Positions 1-12,267 of a DNA stretch of 64,000 nucleotides are shown piece after piece; the stretch's first letter is position 1; every line of letters begins with the position of its first letter. Made by a program: the position numbers and the translations under genes. The notes under the pieces are model-generated. The model was not told where the DNA came from and made no database searches. It saw nothing but the letters and a program-made list of their open reading frames with translations. The stretch comes from Daphnia carinata (lineage: Eukaryota): assembly GCF_022539665.2 (NCBI RefSeq), contig NC_081331.1, positions 3,844,001-3,908,000 of the forward strand. The letters are read 5' to 3'.

Positions 1-424
1 CTCCAAGCATTCGAATGTTTGTCTCAAAGACGGATACAATTATATCATGGTCAAAATGGACATCTTTCAAAATGAGCTTGGCTCCACGTTCAAACTCATC
101 AAAGTCACCCAAGATGAACAGGGTATCTAAGGAGTCTACAAGGGTTAAAGAAAAGTTCCCCAGAGCATCATCAATGTCTCCACGGCTGTGCTCTGACCCC
201 CTCCACCTACCCTGACAGCTGAGAGGCATTAGCTCGTCAGCAGGGTAGGCATTTTCCATGTAGGCTTGATATCCATGATAAAACATATCACGAGCTTCTT
301 CACGTAACTCCTTCTTCCTCTTACTGGTCATGCACTGAATAAAGTTTGAACTCCACATTATAAAACATATGCAGTTGAACAGCAAAACCTGTCCTGCATC
401 TTTTCCATTCGAAAACAGACGCAT
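1..424 (-). CDS. EDEM3: ER degradation-enhancing alpha-mannosidase-like protein 3 (GH47), 5' part; runs off the window start
   Basis: Minus strand from ATG 424 reads [31 protein letters not shown] (signal-like), then [62 protein letters not shown], an EDEM3-type GH47 N-terminus. Confidence 0.9.
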   Translation of the reverse strand, partial: MRLFSNGKDAGQVLLFNCICFIMWSSNFIQCMTSKRKKELREEARDMFYHGYQAYMENAYPADELMPLSCQGRWRGSEHSRGDIDDALGNFSLTLVDSLDTLFILGDFDEFERGAKLILKDVHFDHDIIVSVFETNIRMLG

Positions 425-1325
425 TTTACAGAAATAAAAGTTTTTTCTTTAAACGAACGAAACTTGCACTGCAGTACAACACAACACTGTTCCGAATTAC
501 AATTTATCCGTTACTATTGCTAACCATAGTGAAAACAGTTTGAGTTTTCTCAGCAATGCAAGATATTCAAGGTCCCTCCTTTCCGCCAACCACACACTAC
601 TACAGTACAGCCCGACACCGCAGCTTCTACGTCACCTGTCAATTGACACTCGTGTACAGTGCCTTCCAGCCTGGTTACCGATTATAAATGTGCACCAAAG
701 ATAAAATAAAAATTTTTTCGTTCTGTTTCTTTTTGTTGGTTTTTAAAGCAAAACGCGGTATTTTTTTAAGAATAAACATGCAAATAAAATAATTATTAAA
801 ATAAGAACAAAAAAAGAGATACAAATGAATAGTAAAGCCTCTACTCACACAAAGCGCGCGACGAGACAACACACACAAAATAAACAAAAAATAAAAAAAT
901 GTGCATCATCTTGGGATTGAAGTAGGTTTATTCGAAGTGTAATAGAAATATATATTACTATGAGATTATTCAAAGAGCGAGGCAAGAAGAGAAATGTAAA
1001 ATTTATGGAATGGAACTATTTGGAAAGATGGTCAATGGCGACCAATGTGACTACATACAAGATTCTTTTCAGATCATACATAGATAATATGTTTTAGCTA
1101 CCTAAAACGCGGAAGCAAAATAATTTGTTAATATGAAACGCGTTGTCGTAGTACAATAAAGCTGCTGTCTGGGTATGTTGTGGGTTGGTTTGTTGCGGCC
1201 GCTTAAATGATGGATAAATTTGGGCAGTGTTCCAGTTGCGATGCAAAGGCTGGCGGACCAAGCAAAACGAGTAACTTTTTCAGTTTGTTAAACCGGATTT
1301 CTAAAGCGTTTTTTTTTCTTTTTTT

Positions 1326-2479
1326 TTAGAGGTTCTTAATATGCTTGGGTTTTCGAATAAGGATGGAACAACAGGTCAAGGCCGCCTGTAAGTAAAAAAC
1401 AATGTAAGTACAAATTATGCAGACTGGCTGTGCATACTAAACAAATTGTAAACCTGTAGTTTGGTTATCTTGGCTACTTCTGAAATGTCAAGTTCTAATG
1501 TGTCGCAAGCGAGTTCGTTGAAAACTTTAACTGACTCTTGGAATTCGTCGCTTGTGCGGTGAATTAGCGTTCCATTGATGAATAAACAGTTGGCTGCGTC
1601 ACGATCTGGAACGCGCAGGATTTGATATTGGAATGTCGCTTCTCTTTCCATTCTCTGTATGAAAAGGTATGAAATAAAACCAGAATGATAACAATAAAAT
1701 ATGATGTTGCAAACCTTTAAAACTTCTTCAGAGTCTTTCGTTTTGCTGGCACAGATGATGTCTGGACCAGCCATTGTAACCAAGTTTTTCAAGTGCAAAG
1801 CTCCACTAACCTGTAATTGGGATAAAAGGAAATAGATTTGATTCATTTTCCTTTTGCTAACATCCTATTATCCTAGTTTACCTTCACCGGAGTGCAAGGG
1901 AACTCTGGAAAGGCTGCTGCAACTGCACGGGCTCCACTAAGGTTTGTGCGATCAGAGATTCCAACAAAGAACTCTTTGCCTAATAGAAATAATAACCGTG
2001 AGAATATATGTAAGATGTAGATAAAAATATAAATGTATATACCTGTGAAGAGAACATCCCCTCCATCAACAGTAGCTTTTTGATCACTGATTTCAACTGT
2101 TGGTAAACCTAATTCTTTTTGGATAATAGCTTTCATTATGATAGCCTTGAACAAAAAAGAACAATTTTGAATAATATTCACTATTTAATGCATTGATCGA
2201 AAGTACCTCTTTTTGTCTACTTGGCTGACCAGGTCTTGTTATTAATGCAGTTCCATTGACAACAACCGCTGTATCCTCCACAAACACACAATCAGGTAGA
2301 GCTTCATCTGGAGGAAGTTCAATTACATCTAAACCCAATCTCCTCAAAGTGCTGACATAAGCGGCGTGTTGCTCTTTGGCCACTCCGAGATTAAAGTTGC
2401 TTGTAGCACCAGCATTTTTTTCAAAAGAATCTGGCAGACGACACACGATGGCATGCGTGAATCTGAAGGCGTTTGCCAT
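1326..2479 (-). CDS. DDAH: N(G),N(G)-dimethylarginine dimethylaminohydrolase, 6 exons
   Basis: Motifs LPDCVFVED, SRQKE, DGGDVLFTG, LHLK and catalytic-Cys region ALTCCSIL; GT-AG introns join the ORF fragments; stop TAA at 1326-1328. Confidence 0.92.
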
Positions 2480-4402
2480 AATTTTCGTGTGCCGGTATTG
2501 ATTTGAGATGGATTGTTGTTATTATGGTTGCGGGTTGGGTCTGTCAAAACCCAAACAACATGGCCGCTTCTTCTAAAGCGCCATTGCCAATTTTATCAAA
2601 GCCTACATGGAGGGAAATTTGGCTCAGGTTTTTCAAAATAACATCGTGGAGCTGGAGTCGTCGAGAGTGGAAAACTTTTTAATATTTACCGACCTTTGCC
2701 CTTAAAAATGTGCAAAGCATGCAATTATCCAATTTCTTTATCTCAAATTTTTATTAGATCGCTTTATGACATTCAGCGCCCTTTTGTTGTGAGTGTCATA
2801 ATACGTGCACAATGTGCAAATATTACGAAACTCTATCGCACGACAGATTTTAATTTATGCGAGTATGCACGAACTTTAGTGGTTCCAGTTTCCTCTTTGC
2901 AACATAGTTAGAAAACCACATGCCTTTCTAGAGCATGATTCATAACCAAAAACAAAAAACCCTTATAGCACATCTATTCTCACACATCCCTGCCGATTAG
3001 GCAATTTCGTGGAGGTCGGGTGACTCACACGTGCCACTTAAACAAGGCAGGAATTTCAGTTTGTAAAATGTATCTGCTTGGAGCTATCAATGACTCCATA
3101 TGAGGAAAATACTTAAGCTCGTGGTGTGTTGTGTTAGATACGTACAATATCGTCAGAAGTTATCAATCGATATACGCGCAAGATTTAATTACGCCTTGGA
3201 ATGACAAAATCGTTGGCATGAAATTCGATTCATCACTGGTGAGAAAATCCCTTGGAAATGGTATTACAATAGTACACACGATAGCAACTCAATTGTTCGA
3301 AAAAACGAGTGCTTTAAATTGCCCGAGCAATATGGCAAATTCTTAGAAAAATTTAAAGTTGGATTTTCTCTTTATTTGAGTATTCTTGTCGAAGACATGG
3401 TTTTCTCTTTGTTACCGATGAGGGGGAGGGGACAATGACATCGAGGACAAGCCGATTGATTGATGTTTTCATCAGAAGACTCCACACGTGTTCCATCAAA
3501 CGTACGTGGGCAAGAACATGAGCGGTATAGTAGGTGGTGAATACAACCAGAAGCTTTATCTTAGAAGTAGGAAATGATTTTTTTTTTCTTTTTTTAAGGT
3601 TAGAAATCTCCAAAAACGGGCAGGGCAATTTCTGGCAATGCAAAATTTTGGTCAAACACACACACACGTACACAGCATTGGTTTTACAGACACTTAAATC
3701 AGATCGACACTAAAGCCCATCGAAGTTGTGCGAATAATAGGAATTTTTTTAAAGAGACAAATTTTGAAAGCATTTCCCCCCTCCCCCTTAGTCACATTCA
3801 AATCGGGTCTCTGGCTTCACAACTGTCCAACGAAAAAAATTGAAAAAGTTCCCTAACTCATCACGTCTGTTATACCGAGCAAAAAAAAAATTAACAAAAA
3901 AAACCACATGTCGACACGAATATTGATCTTTGTTGGTTCGAGTGCGTGACTTAAAACTTATTTAAGAAAAAAAAAAAAGAAAAATCAGACTATTGTTTTA
4001 CAGACGCTAAACGAGGAGAAAAAATACCTTCACAAGATTTTGGTAATGAAGAGAATAAAGGGCAGCAGGAGAGCGGGGGGGGTCAATGGGAATACCGTTA
4101 AAATTAGTTAACCAACGTCACATCTAAACAAAACGTGGCTCAGACAACGAACATCCCGTATCTTTCACTTTCGTTTACATTAGTTCCTTTTTTTAATGGA
4201 AGATTTTAATTCTAATACGAAAAAAAAGTCCGTGATATATAAAAAACAAAAAGAAAAGAATTAAAATTGTGGGATGAAAAAGAGTAGCTAAAAAAAAAAA
4301 ATGAAAAACATGGAGCAAGGATAATGCGTTCCTTTTCGCCGCCCGGCAAAAAGGAATGAAACGGATGTTTATCATAATAAAGCGCCTTCCTTATTTTTTT
4401 TT

Positions 4403-7400
4403 TCACTTGGTTTCCTTGGGTTTCTCATCCGCTTCCGTCGCCGGTTTCTTTTCGTCGGCTTCCTTCTCCTTTTCCTTCTCATCCTCAGCCTGAAATCCGC
4501 AAGAATAAAACAATTATGAATAATGCAGTCCTACTAGAATTGTAAACATTCAACGAACCTTCTCCTTGTCTTCCTCTTTCTTGTCCTCTTCCTTCTGTTC
4601 GTTTTTCTCGGGTTCCTTCTCTTCTATGACGGGCTTGGGGATGTGTGTGTTCATATCCAACGTATCGCACATCTCTTGCCAGTCGGGATAATATCTGAGG
4701 GTAAAAAAAGAAACAAATCAGCACAATGGTCAGAAACCGCATGTCAAAAGGCTGTTGAGAGCTACTTACTTCTCCTTTATCTTTTCGAAGTGCTGTACAA
4801 GGTTCTTGCCTTCTTCCAGAAGCCAATCTCGCAATGGGTGAGCAACTTCCTTGTCGACGACCACCAATTGAGCGATGTTGGAGAAAACCACGACGTCAAG
4901 CTTAATAACAAAAAGGAAAATGCCGTTTTATTTACAACTCAGTTCCACCCATTTAGAAAAAAAGTGAAATGCGTTTCTTACCGTGGTTGGTTCGTCTCCG
5001 AAGAAGAAAGTCTTTTCTCCCAACATATCAGCGAGCACCTTTAGATCGTCCTTGCCCATCTTGATGATCTCTTCCGGGGTGTGGACACCGATACCAGTGG
5101 CACGGACCTTCTTGATGCCCTGTGTGTGTGCAGCACGCAACGCGAGAGAAAGTAATTAAGAAATGGTCATTAAACAGTGGAAACGACTACAAAGACAATA
5201 CATGCAATCCTGGTGAGCAGAAAGCGTGAAGCGACCAAAGAAAACCCTCGAGCGGAATTTTACTTGACTGCCCCTCCCGCCAAAACAACAAACAAATTTC
5301 TCTTGAAAAAAAAATGTTCTTCCTCGAGACGCGGTCACACGCACCAACAGAATGAGAGCAAACGGTATCTTACCCGACGTCTGAACGCAAAACGGTAGTA
5401 GAGCTTCAACAAGCCCAGGGGCAACTTGGATCCAACCATATGTTGTAGGTCAATCTTGTAGCCTTGGAGCATGGCGTCCGGATTCTTGGTACGCCACCAA
5501 ATATCAATCCTGCAATCAGTAATATAAAAATTTTCCATACAGTTATTGGAGAACACATGTCGAGCTACGGCGTCATTCTATGTGCATTCGTTTGCCTACA
5601 GCCCCGGAAGCCAAAGTCTCTTGTAACTATTTCATCAGACTTTGGTATCCTGATCCGATTGTATGCGATCCACTAACTGAAATGTAATGGATGCCTGAAA
5701 CCAAAAAGATCCTTATTCTTAGAATGGATGATCAACTTGAGCCTCTGCTCGATTGCATCTCAAATACCAAATCCTCGTGACCGGGAGAAAAGCAACAAAA
5801 TAGAAAACAAAAAAACTGTTGGTCATATTGAAACAAGTGTGGGGACTGACCAAATCATCGCTGGTTTTGGTTTCTATTGGATGACCGTTAACAAGGCACA
5901 TCCGCATTATCGGTCCCATTCGACACCCACGAAATTACAATACAATCAACCAGAGTAAAACAGCCCTCAGGACCTAGCTGCCGTTGGATACAAAAAAAAA
6001 AGCCAACGGGAACAAGAATTTAACATGGCCACTTGAGTTTCCGACCATCATCATTTCCTTCCTACTCTTTTAACAGGATCGTGCGCACTAGAAAAAAATT
6101 ATCCCTAAATACATTGGCCCGGATCAGAGAGAACGGCTTCAAAAACAGAAAAAAAAGACGCCCAACAGCGTCGCGACGCCATAGCGACCCAAAACCCCTC
6201 TGTTGCCACTCTTATATATCTCGGGCAAAGAAAAAAGTTAATAAAGAATGAGGGGGGGGGGGGGGGGTAGAAGAGGCAGTAAAGAAGAGGGAGGGGGGCA
6301 GACAGGATGAATGGGTGAAGGAACAAATAGTAAAAAGGGAGGTGAGAGAGAGCCGAAGAGAGCGAGACAGACGGAATTGAATTGGGTAGACCGATCAATA
6401 CACCCTCCCCTCTTCACCGGGTAGATCGAAACTCTCTACCCTTCCCTACACTCGGTCCAAGTGGTAGACGTGCTAGGGTGGAGATATACGCACACCCGTT
6501 CGGGAAACTTCATCGCGTTCATTACCCAGGGGTGCGTAAGGGTGAGAGATATTATTCCAGTCTTTCCAACTCGAGTACAGACTTGGAAAACTTGGGCAAC
6601 AACAGCCACGCAGTGCCGTTACAACCTGGCCCACAATATCGACCCACGCGCAGACCAGCGAAGGGCAATGAAATTAGACTTGATCAACTGTGGAGTTTAA
6701 AAAAGACTTGAGGGAATAAGTACATACATCTAGAAGCTAATTCTCACGGATTGTTGGACGTGTTTGAAACCCAAATCTCACGCGTCCGTTGCCTTTGCGG
6801 TGACGGACGGCTGATACGACACCCAAACGAAAAGCCACCAACAACGAAAACAAAAAAACCCAAAAGCAAAAAATTCCCGGTGCTAAAACCCAATTTCCTG
6901 CTATTCGCGTCAAAATTCCTTATCAGAAGATTGGGCTTTTAAGTATCACGTCAACGCCTACGATAATTCGACATTAAAGATTGCCAAATTTAAGTAAATG
7001 AACCGAATAATAAACCATGTTCCGTTAACCCCGCCCTAAAAATAAACATACCTTCAACCAATCAAGCTGTTTACACAACTTGCTAGTTTTGGGGATTTAA
7101 CGTCAGGGCGTTGTTGAAAAAAAAAATCAATAACTTACCAATGGTAATGATTTTCGAGCATTGTGATTGTAGCATGTACAACGTTGCGCTGTTCCGATGT
7201 CAAGTGTGCGTCCATGTCGGTGTTAAAGTGGCCACCCAGTTCTTTGATGATGACGGCACTGTCGGCGATCTCGGCTCCATTGAATTCGACGAACGGCAGC
7301 TGGCCCTTGTTCGAGCGGAACTTCATCTTGTGGTCCACATTCTGTAAGGGAGCGTATTTAAGATGCAAAAATAAACAATTATTTTCAACGACCAGAATAG

Positions 7401-8526
7401 TTCTAACAAAAAAAGCTTTTGAGGGAGAATTCAGCAGCGTAGAAAATGGACGACAGTAATTCGATTCGACTGGAACACGTCCACCATTCCCCTTCGTGAA
7501 TCATCCCGCCCTTCAAAAAACAGCTGTGCACAGCTTCTTCTCACCCATACAAGAATTTTTAATACATTTTTAGATAGGGAAACTCGAAACTTGTCATCTC
7601 TAGTTGAAAACTATTTACGGCGTGTGTCAAGCCAGGTGCATAACTTAACACGACACGCCATTTTTTCGGAAAACATTTTGTTTTCCTCGACAGAGATTCC
7701 CACCAAAACCACATCTTTTACCTATTGACCTTATAACCTTAAAAGACCTTGTAACCTCCCCCGCACGGCGCCATTTGTACAAACCCCCGTGGCCATTCCT
7801 TCACACACTAACCCCTCGCGCGCCATATCTCTCTGAGAAAGCTTGAGGGCTTGAAAAATAAGATGAGGGGGGAGAAAATGTGAGGGTTTCAGGCTATTTC
7901 GTTACAACTAGGTCCCAAGCTTACTAAAAATCGAAGGTCACCTTCTACAAAAAAAGAAGCATCATTGCCTTTGAGCACGTTTAAGGAAGCAAAAAAAAAT
8001 CACAGGTCGATCAAACAAGAATATCATTCGAGTCTACACGCGCGTGTGTTCGGATTCACCGGACTGTGACCAAAGTAACTGTCGGTGGTGAAGAGGACTC
8101 CATAAGCCGCAGACACAAGTTGGTCACATAGTAACGGTCAAACAGATAAAATGAAACTTTTTTACATACCTCGTACTTGACGCCAGCCATGCGGAGCCAT
8201 GTCTCGACTTTAAGACAGAATGGCGATGGAGATGGGATGTTCTTGGTGCGGGAGAACTGGTACAGATAGACTACATTCTTTTCATAGTCGACTTTGTGCA
8301 CCGTCGGTTTCGGTGGCTTGGGAGCTGCTGCTGCCGGCTGGGCGTTCGGCGTCGCTTCTTTCGCGGCGTCGGCCGTAGATTCGACCTGTTGCGTCTTCCC
8401 GTTGTCAATGTTGGCCTCGTTATTCTTGGCTACTTCTTCAATCGTCTGTTTCTCTTCCACCTCCTTGTTGTTGACCTGCTGGACGTCAGCCGGAGCAGCG
8501 GCGGTGGTTTTCTCGTCGTTCGACAT
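4403..8526 (-). CDS. fax: Failed axon connections protein (metaxin/GST-fold), 6 coding exons
   Basis: LYQFSRTKNIPSPSPFCLKVETWLR, RSNKGQLPFVE, MLENHYHW|IDIWWRTK, GIGVHTPEEI, FFFGDEPTT|LDVVVFS; acidic/basic low-complexity tail ending KETK* at 4403. Confidence 0.92.
6252..6267 (+). repeat. G16 homopolymer within a purine-rich tract in a fax intron
   Basis: Read directly from the sequence. Confidence 0.8.
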
Positions 8527-10306
8527 CTTTCCTGCTTCCTACCGGGCTGGTGTGTGAAGGAGGGGAGAGGGGAAGTAGACAAGGGTGGATGGCTTCCGAA
8601 CAGAAGAACTATTTGATACAAAATGTGTCTCACAAAACAGCACACCGGTCAAAAATTGTTTGATGGAATTTCGAATTTAAAAGACAAAACGATTAAACTG
8701 TCGAGATAAAAAATTAAAAATTTTTTTAGATGAGACGAAAAAATTCAGCGAGACAAGAGAAGAGAGCAAGAGTGGAGGGGACGCGCTCTTGTGCCCTGAC
8801 CAAACGTGAATGCTCCGTCGAAGAGTTGGGGAGAAGCCGTTTGGGAGAGCGTCTAGTGCGGACAGCGCATCCAAGCGGCAGACAGTGGCAACTAATTATT
8901 GGGAGGCGGTGGGTATTTTGGGGGAGTTTGAGGGTTTTGTTCGAAACTTGTATATACAGTCATTTTCCCCTCACTGCTCCTTCCAACATCGTCTTTTTTT
9001 TTGCTTTTTTTAGTCGAAATGCCGGAATTTTTTGTTTATCCAAACTCTTTTTTTTCTTCGTAGTCTGTTGTTTGCGGCGTATTAGTGTCTGTATAACCGT
9101 CACGGAACTGTTTTTCTTGACGGGAATCGCTTACGTCGAAAGATGGGCTAAATCGATTCGATGATGAACCGATTAGGAAATACATTTCTAATCACATGTA
9201 TTCAAAGCAGAAAGGGATGGATTTGATGAATAATTAAACTAAAAATGAGAAAAATATGCAGATATCATTCAAGGGCGCCATAATCTTTGTCTCAGTTTTC
9301 TAACCCTGCCTTTTCTTCTTTTGAAAAGATGCAAATGCGCCAAATCTGATATGGAGGGGAAAGGGAGAGATATCAAAAAGCAAAAAATCTCTCTCTTTCC
9401 CCTTTTTTGACAAAATAATATAAGAGTTTACTCTTTGGGGGTGGTTTTGTACAAAGAAAGGAGTTTTTCGGCAGGGAGGGTGAATAGATAACATGCCATG
9501 TGTGTAACTGTACAGTGTACTTGTACACACACAAACTCTCCCCCCCCCCTTTTTTCTTTCTCCTTGAACGAAAGAAGAGGACTTGAAATCCACCCCCACC
9601 CATTTTCTATTTCCCGATTGTTCCGTATTCTGTGACTCTTTTTTCTCCTTCCTGGAAATGACTCGTTGTAGCTCGCGCCCCCCCCACACCAATCAATTAG
9701 TCATCCAATATCTTGGTATTTCATTCGTAAGCATTCCATCCGTACTCTGTAGGAAATGCTGGTGATAGCTCGTCATGTTTCCACTGTGTGTATATTTCCT
9801 TTTACTGCGTTAGTTCGCGAAAAAAACCGGCGCCGATCACACGCAGTTGCTTGTATACATGTTCAGTTGCACATTCCTTTGACGTCCGGTATATGTATAC
9901 AGACACATGTACCATCTCTTCACTTCCCAGAGGATTTTTTTTTCACATTTCCTACTTTTTTCTTTCTGAGTTGTAATGGCGTACGCACAGTAAACTATTT
10001 TTAGGCAACGCTGGACCACGCCCACCGTATGAGAGCCGAACGCATTCGTGCTCGAAAATAAATGAAAAAGAAAAAATTCCATGGTACAAAATTACAATAG
10101 CCATTGCGACAATATCATGAGTATGGCTATGGTGCTATATTACTTTTATTACAAAGGGAATTGATGGATAAACCTTTTGTTTCATTTCAATTCGAGAAAA
10201 ATCCAATTCAAATATTGCACTAGTGATTGACACACTCGTGCTGTAAGAGAGCGTCAAAAATGTGCGACTAGAGCGAAACGATTAAAAGAAGCATATTTGG
10301 CGTTTT

Positions 10307-12121
10307 TTAATAAGGTACTAAGATATCATCCCATGATTTGATTTTGGCACATAGTTCGATGGTTTGAATGACTTTTCCCAGTCGACGATTTATCGCTTGT
10401 ACGTGCTCATTCGTGAGTAGAGGTCCGATCAGCGAGTCCTTGAGCGTCAATTTCTCGATTAAAGCGCCCAAAGGACCACTTTCCACCATCTCCAGTCTAT
10501 TGTACGTTGATTTCCGTATCCTGAACACAAATATCCATTTATCACTGTTGAACAAACTTTTATACAAACCTGGGTGCCGATGACTTACACACAACCTATA
10601 CAATGAAGATATATTACTTTATAAGTCAACAATAATTTAAACAATCGAGCAACATACATTGATAAAGCGGCGCTAGAATGTCGATGTAATCAAAATCTGG
10701 TCTTCCGAAGCTAAAAAAATGTTCACAAAATGGGTCAATCGAAAGTATGTCGTCATCATGGAAGTTGTCTAAATTTATCACCTTTTGCCGTTGTCCAGCA
10801 AAAGGACTGCTGCGTCAGAGGATCCATCAATTACTTCGTAGTGATGTCGATCCCCATTACTGATGAGAAAGTCGAAGACGGCCGCATCGATTAAATCCAA
10901 AAGGCGGCGTTTGGCTGGATCTATAGCAAAAATTCGATTTTGCTTTTGCAAATTTGAACAGAATTTATCGTCAGTTTCCCATTGCGCACGAACATTTTTT
11001 TTGTATGTTCGTTGCCATGGACTACGATTTGATTTTAACTTGACATCGCTTGGTAGCCAAAGGATGATAGCGGCCTCCATGAGATCACCTTCACCGGCAC
11101 AGACGCTAAATTCCGGTTTACAATATCTACAAACGCCATAAAAACAAGTGTGGCTTTGATCTGTGCAAGAAAATGTTAAACTCTCTTATAACTAGATGTA
11201 AATAGCTAGTATTTTTTTTTTTACTATTCCTGAAGAACGTGGCCGCAAGGTCACTATCAGCGTTCGCCAAAATTTCTGACGTGAGGTTAATCATCCTGCC
11301 AACAGCAACTGGTGTCCGCCTCAAGTCCAGTAATAAACTGAGATAGAAACCAATTATCTCCCCGTTGTGTCTGTCAGCTCCAGAATATACGTCAGGCCCA
11401 TTTATCCTATGTTCGCGATTATACCTGATCATGGTTTTAAATATAGTTCTGTGTCACTGTGTAAGATTGAAATTTTATAAAACAAAATACCATTGGGGTT
11501 TGAGGAGTGCCTTTTGTCCTCCTTCAAGTGTGAGCATTACTTTCAGTTGTGTTCCAACATGAGGTATGGATGCTCTTATGATTGGAGCTGTCTGTAAATA
11601 TTTTATCATATCTCCAAGTTCTGGAGTAAAGGAGGGTATCAGCAACGAAGGTGACACCCACTATAAGTGAACAAATATAGGAATAACAAATTTGCATGGC
11701 ATTTAAACATCTCAAACATTTTTCTACTTTGTGATTAACTACTAGGCCAATCCTAACAATTGCAAACAAACATTACCTTTGCAGAAAGGCTGAGAATATC
11801 TGCAGCCTTTTTTCCACGTGACTTCAATTCTCTTTGGAGTTTGTTCATAACACTTGACAGTGACCTGTTGCTTAAATTATGAGTATGTGTTTTTGTGGTT
11901 GAGTTGAATATAGCTTTTAAGTAACTGAGATTTAAGCCTGATTTTGTTGAATTTATTGGAACCTCTTCCTTTTGGGAGATAACTGGCCGACTGATTAATT
12001 CATTATGGTAACCGTTTTGTCCACCCGACCACAAAAGAAAAACCAAATAAACATTACAAAGAACTGCCACAGCTAGGGCAGTGACTAGGCCGACAGAAAC
12101 CCGGAAAGTTCTGGAGAGCAT
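10307..12121 (-). CDS. FAM20B: Glycosaminoglycan xylosylkinase (FAM20 secretory kinase family), type II membrane anchor; includes a 7-nt micro-exon at 10589-10595
   Basis: N-terminal TM segment, GTQLKVMLTLEGGQK, DRHNGE, CFYGVCRYC, PWQRTY, DFLISNGDRHHYE, LDNGKSFG, ILAPLYQCCVIRKST. Confidence 0.9.
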
Positions 12122-12267
12122 ATTTACGAATTTCAAATTTAAAAAATTATAATTATGCACTAGACACGTAAACAAAACCAAAGAGAGGGAATAAAGCACA
12201 ATTCATGTTCAAAATGTTCAACACTTTAAGGATGCGCTAGTCAAGCAAAAATTGGTGAACCTGCCGC

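Noticed and set aside
627..634. UPRE-like TGACGTAG upstream of EDEM3
   Set aside because: One mismatch from the consensus and a single short motif; biologically plausible but not distinguishable from chance
1326..1345. DDAH C-terminus HIKNL as a possible peroxisomal signal
   Set aside because: KNL is not a canonical PTS1 and there is no other support
5512..7137. Possible mutually exclusive duplicate of fax exon 3
   Set aside because: I checked acceptor-like sites on the minus strand; none gave an open frame resembling the WWRTK..GYK exon
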